64,000 bases of DNA from Convolutriloba macropyga (taxonomy: Eukaryota). Below the pieces are notes generated by a model. That model did not search any database. It worked only from the letters and a program-made list of their open reading frames with translations, and was not told where the DNA came from. The translations under genes were made by a program, and so were the position numbers. Below, one piece after another: positions 1 to 13,400 of this stretch (position 1 is its first letter; each line of letters begins with the position of its first letter). Where the stretch lies: the NCBI RefSeq assembly GCF_964194025.1, contig NC_134479.1, positions 2,356,001 to 2,420,000 on the forward strand, given 5' to 3'.

Positions 1-340
1 TTTTCTAACCCTCCAATCAACATCTCCAGTATTTGAAAAAGTCAAGTGTGTGAAATAACAATGCGTAATTTTTCTTTTAGCAGTAAGTCATACAAAAAAA
101 AACACAACAGTATTTAAATATAAAAATTTTTCATGTAACAGGTATGTATCGTATAATTTTCGAATCTTTTTTGATTCCCCCACTCCCAGTTAAATTGGTA
201 TATGACTGCTACGCCGCGATTTAAATAAAGATTGTGAATTTGTTACGTGGGGGGGGGGGGGGGGGATAAACGTCACCCGAAAACTTGGCAGTGATAAGCA
301 AGACATTTTGACAGTATTTTGAGATGGGTTTTACGTTTAG

Positions 341-1044
341 GCACAGCAGACGTAGAGGGTAATGAGGTGGTTGCAGTTTGTGAAGAGAAGCCTCATGAAT
401 ATCTCTTCTCTCCTCTGTGTGTGTTGGATGAGGAACTGAAGGACGAAATGGACTCAAAGGAGTGGTCATCTAAATACAGAAAGGAAGTCTTCCACACTCA
501 GCAAGCAGCTCTTAATGACACTGCACGCAGCAAAGTTGCCATGCAGTTGAAGGCCGCAGCAGAGGACGGATCTGTGAACCAATTCTCAACCCAAGATATG
601 CAGAACCCACACATGGAGGATTGCGACACAAGTCAAGAGAGAGGAGGAGCCGACAACAAAATGGGAGAATCCGAACTGGAGAGACTTTTGGGAATATCTA
701 CCGAGTGTGAAATGGATTGGGCGAGACCCCGCGAGGAGTTTGTGGAAATCCCAGACGCAACTCCTTTCAACGCGTTGGCAGAGTCTCATGCCATCTCAGA
801 GCATGCTGTGAGAATGGGTCTGCCGGTGATCACCAGCGAACATGCCTGGCTCAGATCGAGAGAGACAGAGGTCAAATCTCACCACCCCTCTGAGGTTCCA
901 GGCGAGCAGTCGTCATTCGAGGCCAAGACACCCATTCTGTCCCAGAAGCCGAGGATCAAGGGCAAGTCGCTGACAGTGGACGACATGGTGTGGCGCAGGA
1001 CTCGTGAGAAGTACGAAGCGGAACCGGATGTTGCAGTAGAAGAG
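341..1044 (+). CDS. Titin-like gene, first exon visible in the window (gene is 5'-incomplete); carries WxRxRE motifs
   Basis: Acceptor ttacgtttAG|G at 340/341 (phase 1), open frame of ORF 319..1149, donor GAG|GTGAGT at 1044/1045 (phase 0) matching the phase-0 acceptor at 1411. Confidence 0.85.
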
Positions 1045-1410
1045 GTGAGTAGAGTTCAGAAGCTTAGAGGTCATTTAGTCATCTCTATTGTACATCGCAG
1101 GCCTGTATGCAAAAGTGAAATTGGTCGTCAAAGAATGGGGATTATTTAAGTCATAATTTTGATGTGATCGAATTTTCCTTTCCTATCTTTGTTTGATTGT
1201 TTACAACCTTTTTGATTATCAGTTGCTCCCAGTGGAGACATTTTTGAGCAAGCTTAGAAAAGTGTTTTTAGCGGCATTGGTAAAATACAATCATCATATG
1301 TACAATAAATAACTCAAATGGATATAAGGGTTGAAAGGATATATAAATGTTAAATGAAAAGCGTATGTTAGAATATCTGAGTTAATAATTAATTTCCTTT
1401 ATCTGTTCAG

Positions 1411-4400
1411 GTGCACACTGTGACTATTCTGTACGAGGAGTATGAAGAGACAGAGAATGAGTTGATAATGGGAGTGTGTAAGGAGGAAGAGGACTATCCT
1501 TTCATCACTCGTCTCAGAGAGAAAATTGCAGAGGAGATACTCGAAATGCCAGATCCTATCAACTGTCTTGCCCAGAGCATATTCAGTCGACTGGAAAAAG
1601 ACAAAGCCAGACTGGAACAGGAAACGATCGAAGGTGTAGCCAAAGACAAGACACTGGTCCATTCCTGGTTCGACAACCCTCTCTCTATGGATGAAATCGA
1701 GACAATCCTCAGTTCTGACTTTGCCCAGTACTTCCCGGAGGATGACAAACTGGCCGAAGTGTTGTTGTACAGAACCATTTGCATGCCAAAAGAGACTACC
1801 CAGAGCTGGATTCGAACGCGCGAGGACAAACATTTTGACACGTTCAACGCCAAGACAAGTCAAGTGTTCTCAAGTTTCGATGAGCTGAAGTATTTCCTAA
1901 CTGAAAAGGGATCCTGTTTGATTGGGAAAGCAGAGCAAAAGGACTGCGAGGAGAAATGGATGCGAACCAGACATCTGACTGACTACCAGAGAGGCAAGAA
2001 GGTCGACCAGACAGTGTACGAGTCCCTTGCCAGACATGTGGTTGCCTTGAACATGCTGAACGAACTTGCCAAGGCCAGAGAAACTGCAGTGAGCACCGGC
2101 CGAGTTCGAGACACAATCCAGGAGTCATTCACGATGGCCGAGCTGGCTTTGATCAATGAGTACATTGAGTTCCCGGAATTTGAGTCGGATAGCGCACCCC
2201 AAGAAGCAGACATAGTCTGTATGGGGGCTGAGGAGGTGCAAGAGTGGATCCGACTGCGAGAGAGCATCCGAGATACCTTCGTCAAACTGGCCATTGAGGT
2301 GAATGGACCGGGCGAATTCACTGACTTGGTGATCGAGTGCATCAATGACGTCCAGGGTTTGGGCAAAGAAGCTGTCTCACCCCAGATGCAGCTAGATTGG
2401 ATAAGACCTCGTGAGAAATACACCCTCAACCTCATCAAGTCTGGCACTGCCCGGGTTGTCCTGCTGGACATCTGGCAGAACTCGGAGGACGTCCAGGAGG
2501 ACACGCGAGGACTGAACGATGCAGACGTTCTTCAAGAGGACTGGGCCAGACCTCGTGAGTCATTGAAAGTATCATCGAGGAATAACAATGAACTGGATTC
2601 TATGCCTGAGAACAAAGTGACAGCGGATACTGTTGACGAACAGAACTTGGCCCGTGCAACTGAGGGTGACGTTGAAACACTCGAAACAGAAGATAAACCT
2701 CAAGATGAGGTCAAAAGGACGAGTGAAAAATGCAACGAACGAGCAGTTGAACAGTTGGTCAAGAGTGAGCCCAAATGCGAGGTTGTTCTCGCGTGCTCCA
2801 AGCTGGGCGAGGAGGAACAGGACACAGTTGAACTGGAAACAAAGGATACCAGAGACAACGTGTCCATCTCAGAGACTGAACAACCTCTGGAAGCCAAATG
2901 GTGCAAACTGCCCAAAATGGAGATCGAGAAACACGAATACAATCCAGAAGAAAAGGACACTTTGGACATTGTGATCACTCTGGACGAATTGGTTGCAGAT
3001 GATTCACAAATCACTTTCAAACGATTTCTGGAACCCCTTTCCAAGCTGCCCAGCGATGAGGTGGATAAATATGATGTCGAAATTGTTCCGAACCCTGAAA
3101 GCAACTCCACTGAGATCTATCTACACATTAAAGAGTGTAACCCCGAGACCATCGGAAACTTCGCTTGTTTCTACACGAAGCCAGACGAGACTCAAGTGGG
3201 ACTGGGTTTTGTGGTCTCCATCAATGAGGAGGAAAAGGTAGAACTGGACGACGCTGCGGAAGATGAGACCAAGGAATCAATGCAAGTTGAGGAGCCAGAA
3301 GAGGAAGTTAAGGAGGATGAGGAACAGCCGGAAGAAGCGGAGCCTGTTGAGGAGGGACAAATGGGAGAACCCGTGACAGAGGAAGATGTCAGTGACCAGG
3401 TGAAGGTTGATGATGAGGCACAGGAGCCAGAGGAAGATCTAAAAGAGACACTGGAAGATAAACAGGACGAAGAAACGAAAGAGGAGATGCAAGTTCCGGC
3501 AGACGAGGAGCCAGAACAATCCGAAGACGAGGAAGGAAAAGACGAGGAAGAAGGGAAAGACCAGCATGAGATTGAAGAAAAAACTGAAGATGTGGCTCAA
3601 GACCAGTTGGAGGTCAAAGAGGACGAGCAGGAAACACCCCCCGAAGAGGAGCCAAAGAAAGAAGAAGAACCAGAGGTAGATGACAGTGCAGTTGAAAAGG
3701 TGGAGGATACTTTCGAAGAAGAATCCAAGGAAAAGATGGAAGTTGAGGACAAGGAGAAAGAGGAAGCTCCTGAGGAGGAAACGCCAGAGGAAGCAAAAGA
3801 AGAATCGGCTCAAATGGAAGAAAAGGTGGACGAAGAAGATAAGGATGACCAGATTGCCGTGGAAGAGGAAGTCGAGGAAGAGGCGGGAAAAGACAAAGAG
3901 GAAGAGCCGGTAGAAGACAGAGTTGAAGTTGAGGACAAAGTTGATGAAGAAGAGAAAGTTGAAGAAATTGTCCAAGAGAAGCCTGAAGACGAGGAGGAGG
4001 AACCGATTGAAGACACTCCAGAGGAGGAAGTCAAAATGGAAGAAACGGTGGAAGAGGAGGAAAAAGCGGAAGAGAGAATTGAGGACGAAGAAAAGGCAGT
4101 AGAAGAACCTCAAGAAGAGGATGAGGAAATAGAAGAGGAGATCTCAGAACCCAAAGAAGAAGATACAAAAGAGGAGGAGCCAGCAAAGCCAGAAGAGGAA
4201 GAAGAAGTGGAAGAAGAAATTGAGGCTACTGAGAAACGAGAGGAGTACAGGGAACCCAAGCAGTGGCAGGAACCCCAATTGCAGCACCCACGTCACGAAG
4301 AGATTTTAGAAGATGTCAAGTCAGTCGCTTCGGAAGAAGTTGAGAACTTGATGTCAGTTGCGAGAACAGATTCGTTGAGTGAACATAGCTTTGATGAGTC

Positions 4401-7400
4401 GAAATTGTTGGAGCCAATTGATAGACCACTTCAAGTTCCAGTCAATGAAAAGCTCTACTTTGAAGGAGGTCACATTGCAGATCAGCAACTGGTCAACCCT
4501 CTTCGCCAGTTTGAGCCACAAGATGATGAGCAGACTGACTACTCTCAAGAACTGGTTGCGATACAGATCGATATTGATAATGATTCCAGACTGAAGCCAG
4601 GCAGGCTCACTCCCAGTGACGAGTTTGGTGCCAATGTTGTTCCCGAAGACACCTGGAGTTTTAGAGTGCTGGAACCAGTTGAACCGGTACCTACAGAGCC
4701 AGTGTTTTTGAAGCCGGAGCCTTGCGACTCTCCAGTTCCGGAGGTGATGAAGATTGATTTGAGAATTAGTGACGTCAACATCCCAGAGGACAAAATATTC
4801 TCAGAGGAATCTGTGCATATTAAGATTGCAGACATTCAGGGTCTGGACAAGAGTGTCGTGTCTGAGGAAAATGTGGACATCAAGGTGTTGGATCTGAGTC
4901 CAGTCGATCCGACAGTGACTGAGGAGACCAGAGTCCAGATCAAAGTGCAGGATCGCTCTCCAAGTGATCAGGTGGTGGTGCAGGTTGAAGAGGCAGAGTC
5001 TGCCAGTGTAATCACCGACGACTTGGTCACACTTACAATTCAGAGTCAAGAAGTTCTCAAGTCACCATCAGCTGATTCCTCCGTCAACTTGCAGATCCAT
5101 ACCAAGTCCTCGGATGCCAGGGGATCATTGGAACCAGTTCGCATCAGCATTGACACTGCAAGCGAGCACAGTCCACTGGACGACAAGAGTGCGACCTCTG
5201 ACTACGCAACAGTGTCTGTATACGAACCAGAAGAAAAGACACTGGATACATTCGACGAGTCTTTGGACCTTCTGGCTGTGCCTCGTGAGTCAATTTTGAT
5301 CAGTGTCGATTCTGAATCCTCGCAATTATCACCAAACAACGAACTGCAGGACATTGCATGTGTAAGTGTAACCGAGCCACAGACTGAGAAGTTGGACGGA
5401 ACTTCTTCCCAGAGTGGAAGCCAAGTGGAATTAGTGGCACTTCCTCAGGACGGAATCAGCATCGCTTTTGACCAGAAAGGTGACGAGCACTCAATTGAGA
5501 GTCGTCGAATGGCTTCTGTCGCTATCTCAGAGCAAGACAGTCGTTTGGATGTTCTGGGCGAAGAATTAACAGAACTCCGAGTGCTAAGCAAACCAAACGA
5601 TGCTGAAAACGTCAACATTTCGATTCTCACTGAAAACTTTGAGAACAAAATGTCCTCGAGCAGCCTTCCGCCCTCGGCAACTGTTACCACCAAAGACCAC
5701 CTCAATCTTTCCATTGACGAGAGGATCACAACCCTGGAAGTCTTAGGAAAAGCTTCTGAACAAGAAGAAAACGTTAATATTTCCATTTTGACCGAGAATT
5801 ATGACAGTGGAAACTTTTCACCTGTGAGTGCCACGGCTGCTCTCGCTAGTGTAGGAGGCAGTGAACAATTCGAAGTTGGAGTGGATGAACGAATCACAAC
5901 ATTGGAAGTTTTGGGGAAAGGTGCTGAACTTATGGAAAATGTTAGCATTTCAGTTTTGACTGAGAGCTTCGAGAATGGAGGTCCATATCCTGTGAACGCA
6001 ATGACGTCACGAGCCAGTGTTGGTGCCAGTGAACAGTTTGAGATGGGAGTTGAGGAGAGAATGACTACTTTGGAAGTACTGGGAAAAGGAGCAGAGAGGG
6101 AAGAATGTGTGAACATTTCCATTACGACTGAGAATGTTGATGATGAAAGAATTCGTGCTGCTTCTGCGACAGTTACAACCGAAGAGAAGTTCGATCTATC
6201 AATTGACGAGCAGATCACGTCTCTGCAAGTAATAGGGAAGCCTGCTTGTAAGCAGGAGGAGAACGTCAACATTTCCATACTTACTGAAGACTGTCTGGTA
6301 TCTACTAATAGATCGGACAGGGCCGTGGTCAGTGTCTCAGAGCCACAGTTCCAACAATTTTTCAACCAATCTCCATGTGAACAACAAGTACTGGCCACTT
6401 GCAAGCCAGTGGTGAACATTTCATTCCAACTGGAATCACTTTCTCACACTTCTTCTGTCGAGGAGGATTCTGAGTACAGCTTTTTGGACATAAGAAACTT
6501 CAAGCCAGAGAGACACCAGTCTATCAATGAGCAGGATGTCCACTCTCTAAGCAGAAGTTCTCTTGTTCTTCTGCCAAGAGAGGCAACTGAACACTTTCAG
6601 ATTATTCCAGTGCCTGAGTCCAGTGCCTCAGCAGCACCTGTCAATTTCACTCTAGCAAGAGTTGAGGTGGGCCAACAGCAGTCCACACTATTTTCGGAAC
6701 AGGTGATCAAAGCGAATGCCTGGATCACTGAGGAGACTGGCAGAAGGCAGGCTAACTCTCCTGTACAGGACAATAGGGTGCCTTCCCCAGTCCAACAACA
6801 GAATCGCAACAGTCGACCTGAGTCGCCGAATGTGCTGCCGTTTGTGGAAGCAACCGCTGCAGCCGAAACCCAAGCATGGCTCAGCTGTTTAGAACAGACA
6901 CCAAGTCCTCTGGCATCTGCCTCTAATGTGGACAGTGAGACCAGTCTGGAGGACAAGCGAGAGCATTTAAGAAATGTGTTGTACCATTCTGTGCAACAAG
7001 ACAGAACTCTGATGGGATCCCAAGCAACTGCACTGGATGCTGCTGTTTGGGCCAGTGCCGAAGACATCAACACTGCCAGTATCAAGCCACAGAGACCCAT
7101 TCACGGGTGCATGTTGAGCAGCAGATCAGCCATGGGATTCTACTGCGCAGTGGTTCTGAGGAACTACCTCCTCGGAAGACCAGCCGGAGAAACCAGCCAG
7201 TGGCAACAGGCTGCACTGGATGTGCTGGACATGGCCAAACCAGGTGTCAGCTCCACTATGGTTGTGCTCTCCTCAATTGTGTCTCAAATGGAGGGATCCA
7301 GTAATGTCGAGGTCGAGCAAGTGAGTTCTGATGTTGTGAACCAGTTGAACGAGCTTGCCTCTCAGCCAAGAACTCCTCCTCGTGCTGAAAGTCCAGGTGT

Positions 7401-10400
7401 GAGTGAAGATTCCGAACATGGAGTTGTGGATGAACAAGTTAACAGTGCAGCTCCTCCTGCCTCCTACCCCCCTGTGTTCACTTCACCGCCAATTGGCGAA
7501 GTGACTGTAAATGCGGGCGATGATTTCTCAGCAGAGCTCTTCGTGGACTGTCCTCCGAACAGAACCTCGATCCAGATTTTGAAAGACAACGCTAGATTCT
7601 ACGAACCCAGCAACGTGCATGTGGACATCAACTATGCTGGAGGAATCGAAGTGAAGATGCACTTCTTCGCCGTCACTCAAGACAACTGCGGAATTTACCA
7701 AGTGAAGGCAGTTAACATTGATGGGCAGGACTGTTCATCATTCTCACTCAGAATTAACCCAGATGCCACTGGCTTAGACAAAGTGGAGGTTAGGGAACCC
7801 ACAACTTCTGCCAAGGACGAGTTGCCACCTAATACTAAAGAAGACTTCACGTCAGGTCATTACGAGCCAGTTAAATTTGAGATGATCGACTCTCAGACTG
7901 AAGATGAAGATGATGGATTTGGCTTCGCAGACGACACGGATTCTGTTGTGACGGAGAATGCCCTGTCTCAAGTGTCCGAGGCCCCCACTCTTAACGAAGG
8001 GACAGTCAGTCAGCAAGACAGAGAAAAACAACTGGGATCTGTGGAATCATTCATTGAGTTCCCGCGACAATTGATGGGCGCTGAGATCAATGATGTGGAA
8101 ATTCCGGCCTCTTGTTTCTCATTTGCCACCAATTTATGCAAAGACTCGGTTGGTGATGCGTTTGATCTGATGAAGGAAATGGAAGCAATCACTTCTAGAA
8201 TCCAATCTCCAGTTGAACAACAGATGCTCTATAATCCACAAAGTGACAATGTGGTGGAAAAAGTCCACCTGGAGATCAAAACGGAAGCCACTCCCAAAGT
8301 TCAGAACTTGTCTTGGGAAGATCTCTTGTCACACGCAATCGAGCAGCGATATCTCTTCACGTCTCCTATCGAAGTGAGGAGAACCAGTGCTCTCAATAAC
8401 CTCAGCTCTTTTGGTAACCAAGTTGCCACCGAAGCTGTCGGGTCGAATTCGAAGCTGGTCGGGGTCGAAAGTACCAGCAAACTGACATCGTCAGGAGTTG
8501 TGTATCCAGTGGCAACTAGTTCAGCTTTGAATAGTATGAGACCAGGTTGTGTAATGAAGACCAAGACAGAATCACTGGCCTCGTCAAGCAGCAGTTCTGT
8601 CGCATTGCTCCAAGACGAAGTCTCGAGTGTGTTGGAAAGATACCTCGGATCCCCTTTGAATGTTGCGTCACCTACCCATGCAGAACTAGGGCAACTGGAC
8701 AGAAGCCAGTGCCACAGTCCAGTGTCCGAGAGCATGCCTGATGCCAAATTTGTGGACTGGTGTGATGTTCCAATTATGACTAGCCCGAAACCTCTCAGAA
8801 CATATTCCAGTGGGTCCACTTTCTCTTCCACAGAAAAAGTTCATGTGCTCATCCAGATTTCAGACCGGGTATATACTGGAGGCCAAATTACAGTTGATGA
8901 GTTGGGAAATGTCTGCAATGCCTCTATTAGAGCACCAAAATATCAGCCGGTGATCAAAGCTCAGAAGCCAGTTCTAAAAGGAAGCATCCAGTGGCCTTCG
9001 CCTGGGTACAACCCAGAAGTCGTTGTTGAGCACAAACCAGCGACTGTATTTAAACTGGCACCTCGTAAAGGTTTTGTGAAACGTCGCAGAGTGAACAAGG
9101 GATCTCTCGACGGAAGTAGCTGGAGTGTGTCAAGTGGCGATTCCTACGATATGGTTCCGAGTCACATGCTCAGCAACATGTCTCTCAATTCCCTACTGAG
9201 AGAGTATCCCAACTTGGAGGCACCCCCTGCTGTTCTCTCCCAGTACCCGTCCACAGTGGAGATTAGGGAAAACAATGACATCCGACTGAATGTGCGAGTT
9301 GCAGCTTCTGATGACTGCAGGTATCTCTGGTACAAGAATGGCCGACCTCTGCCTCGATTCAGTTCTAGATTGAGTGTTAACATCGCAGACCACAAAAATG
9401 GATCTAAGACTGCGTCGCTGCTGATCAAGAACTGTCAGCCTGAAGACCAAGGCAGCTACCTGTTGAGAAGTGTGAATGAATTTGGGGAGGAGCGAATCCA
9501 GACCAAGATCCAAGTCAATCTGAGTGACAGCAGGCCAGTTGCCGAAGAAGAGCAGACGTTTGTGTCTGAGATTGGAGTGGAACTTTCGGATGCTATGGCA
9601 AAAGCTAAACTGAACACTCTGATCAAAGTGATCTCCGTGGACTCTTTGAGTGATTTGGACAACGACGATGAACTGTTTTTCCCAATCAGAAGCATCGAAG
9701 ACATCTCACCAGTGAAAGCGGAGAGCATGTTGAGAAAGATTGACCAGACAAAGAAGAATTCCTGGACTAGCCAGAGTATCACTGCACTGATTGATGACTA
9801 CAGGAACCTCCCGGATGCAAAACCGGTGTTCCTATCGGAGCTTCCGGAGCAGAACTACTGCAGGACTGGCAACGATGTGCACATTGCAGTAAAAATTGCA
9901 GCCAATGCCAACAGCGAGTTGGTGTGGAAAAAAGACGGAGAAGAAATTGAGGTGGATTCCCAGAAGAATAAGTTCAGAGTGAATGACCAGCTCCAGTGGC
10001 AGAACCAGTACTCTTCTCTCGTTATCCTTGATGCCACTGAGGATGACAGTGGGAAGTACGAGTGCTTCGTCAGACCTCAAAACAACAACAATTTCATCAA
10101 CAACAACAATCTAATCAACTCAGTTTGTACTAATATCACAATCAACGCAAACGAGCACTGTGCGTTACCACAGGAGAGAATCTCAATCGGAACAGACATT
10201 TCTCGCAATGAGATTGTGAGACGAATCAGAGGCAATGTAAAGATTGTGATGGAATCCTTCGACCAGAGATGCAAGCCTCTCAAATCAGCATTGACCACGA
10301 GGGCATTTGACGAGATGAGTTGCTGCTCGAGCTCAATGGAGGACTGCATCGTATTGGCCAACATTTACGAATCCATCGAATGTCATCTGCCAAAGGAAGG

Positions 10401-13400
10401 AAAAGTTAAGGAGGGTCGCAAACCAGTGGAGCAGGCGTTCATTCGACCACCGAAAGAGATCCACCAGTCTTCTCTCAGTATCCCAGGAGAGAGAGATCCC
10501 TCTGACGAAGAGAACCTGGAAGAACAACACTCTGACTTAGTTGAGATGTTCTGCTCTGAGTTGAAGACTGAGTTGGAATTGACAAAAGAGAGCCTCGGTT
10601 ACTCTTCCAGACTTGACATTGCAAGGGAGGAGCTCATTACCCTGGAGAGGACACCCATTGAGGATAACAGTTTCTTTGTGAACCAAGTGAACTTTGCGAT
10701 GCAAGACACGACAGCAGCTGCGGAACACAATCTGGATGAAAAGTCAGAGTTCGAAACTGTAGTTCAGCCACCACTTCTACCACCCAGAAAGAAGTCGAGT
10801 GCCAGTGTGTTCATGGAGGAATTGGAGAAAGTGATGGAACAACTGAAGAATGAAACTGCAGAACAAGAAAAGGAACTGGAAACTGCCAGTCTGCAGAAAC
10901 AACCAGTTCAATCCCCAATTTCTCCCCCCTCCAGTGATGACTCATTGCTGGATGTCGTAGAAACTAATTTGACCAGTGAAATGACAAGTGATGTGAACGC
11001 AACAGGACATTTGCCTCTACCTGAGGAGGAATTCCTCGCTGGCGAAAAGGAAATGAAAGAGGTGAACAACCAATTGGATGATCTGAAAGACCAACCGGAG
11101 AAATTCGAGTTGGAAGTGACTCCTGTGACAACCCCAGTTGAGATCCAAGTGGATTCAGCCAGTAGTCCAGAGGAACCCAGTGCCGCTTCCTCATATGACA
11201 ATTTGGAAAACAACGAGGACAACTTCAGTCCGACAGGTGCTGTGAATCAACTCCCAATTGACGCTGACTTGTTGGCTGCAGGTGACCAGCTCATTAAACA
11301 ACAACAACATCAAACTCATCAGAACCAACTGCAACAACAACAGGCTAATATGGCCACTGGCCCACCACAATTGCTGCAATTGTGTCACTTGAGTCTGGAA
11401 ACTATTACGGAGGAGGAATTGGTATCCAGCAGAGACTCACTCAGTATGGTTTCCTTGGCAACCACCTCGGCAGCCACCACTGAGAATAACTTGATGCTCA
11501 GCAGCTGTGAGGATGTCAGTTCAATCAGTGAACAACAACCAGTCAATGTTGCGGTCACTGCTCCCCCTCCCACGCTCACTTGTGTTGCTCAAATTGCACA
11601 GCAAGAGCCACTCTCGCCCCTCGACGACACTGCACAGGATATCTCTGCCTACGACAATTTGGACAGTCCACTTTTGGAAACAACTGAGGACTGTTTTGTC
11701 GAAGAGCTTTCTGGTTGTGAAGATCTGGGCGATTCCGATTCCATCTTAGAGTCCAGAGTGTTGAGTGAGAGTCTTGGAGCGAGCGAGGAAGTTGCTGAAT
11801 TTAAAACGTGCGGCGAGACAGGACTGGATAGAGATGTTGTAACAAACCATTGCGAAGTAAATGTTTCAGAAAAGGTTCCTTTTGAGCAGAATGAAATGGT
11901 TGTACAGAAAGTAGTGAATGCTGCCGCATCGGAGGTTGATCATCAGGTAGTTTCGGTTGCGGCAGACGATTTGGATCTCTCAACTGTCAAAGAGAGCATA
12001 ATGATTGACTGTGAACCACCACTGGACAGAGAACAGCAAGTGAGAGTGACCGATGAGTCTGAACAGGTCCAGCTTCTTTTGGCGGACACTGACAATCATC
12101 TGGAGAATGTCTGTGAACCTGAGGATGTCAAAATCCAGGAAATGCTCAACATACCCACTGAAGAAGCCAGTGAAGTTGTGAAAGAAGATGAGAGAAATCT
12201 ATTGAAGCCAGCGAAGCAGGAACAAGCTGTGACCTCAGTTGACGAGGTCAAGATTATTGATTCGCCTCTACAGTCTTCAACTGAGAGCTTGCCTACTGAA
12301 CAGGTTCCAGTTGAAGAGACATTAGAACCAGTGGAACAGGAGGACGCTTCTCTGGAACCAATCCAAGAGAGCGCATTGGATCTGAGCCATGTTCTGGAAA
12401 CGGAGGAAGTCATCGAAGGTTCTGAGAAACTTTCACCCTCAAAAGATGAACTGGAACAGGTGGCAGAACCCACTTATCAAGAAGAAATGGAACAAGTTGA
12501 TTCCAGTTTGCCATCAGTTGTCCAGCAGTCTGTTGCATCTCTGGATCTTGAAAGCGAAGCTGATGCTCCATCTGAACAAGTCGAAGACATCATTGACAAC
12601 GTTGAACAATCTGAAAGTGCCACTGTCAAGGACGCAGAAGAACTTCTCGACAAAGATGTGGAACCAGTTGAAGAGGAACGGGCGAACTCCTTTGTGGATT
12701 CCTTGCCAGTTGACGACGATATGTGCCCGGAAGAGGAACTGAAAACTACTGCTGAGTTAGTTCCTGAAGTTGAACAGGAACCGGTCACTTTAGTGGCAGA
12801 TGATAGAGAATCTGTTGAGGACAAGTCAGTTGTGAGCAGTGTGCGAGGATCCATCTCGTCAATATCTGGGTCTCCAGTCGAGGACTTGTTCCTCACTCCG
12901 GAAGGAAAGACAGAAGTTTCCACTGTAGAGCCAGAGGCACTTCTCTCAGCTGTGGCTCAGTTGGCCGAAGACACTCCGGAAGATGAACTGGATCAAGACA
13001 AGTTGATTGCGGAGACTGCCGAGGTACTGGACCAGATTGAAGAGAGAGCAGAACCATTGCCAGTCAGTGAGGAGACATCTTCTTCAATGATGGTTGAAGT
13101 TGCGAAGGCCGCTGTTTCAACTTTGGTCAGTGGAACAGCAGCTGTGATAGAGAGTGTGACGCACATGCTGAAACCATCCGATGAAGAGATGAATGCTCTT
13201 TTAGCCAGAGAGGAACCAGTTGTTAATGTTGATCCTTTGCCATTACCTGAAGGTCCTAAAATGGATGAGGAATTAGCACCCGAAAAGGAGCCGATGATCG
13301 ATGAAGACGCTCTTGTTGAAGTCATTGAAGATGTCGAAAATGTGGCTGAACTTGAAGATGATGTACAAGAAGTGATTTCAGAACAGATCAAGGACACCGG

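Noticed and set aside
70-147. Possible microexon (ttttAG...GTAAGT and CAG|GTATGT)
   Set aside because: The frames compatible with the phase-1 exon at 341 contain stops; cannot be supported
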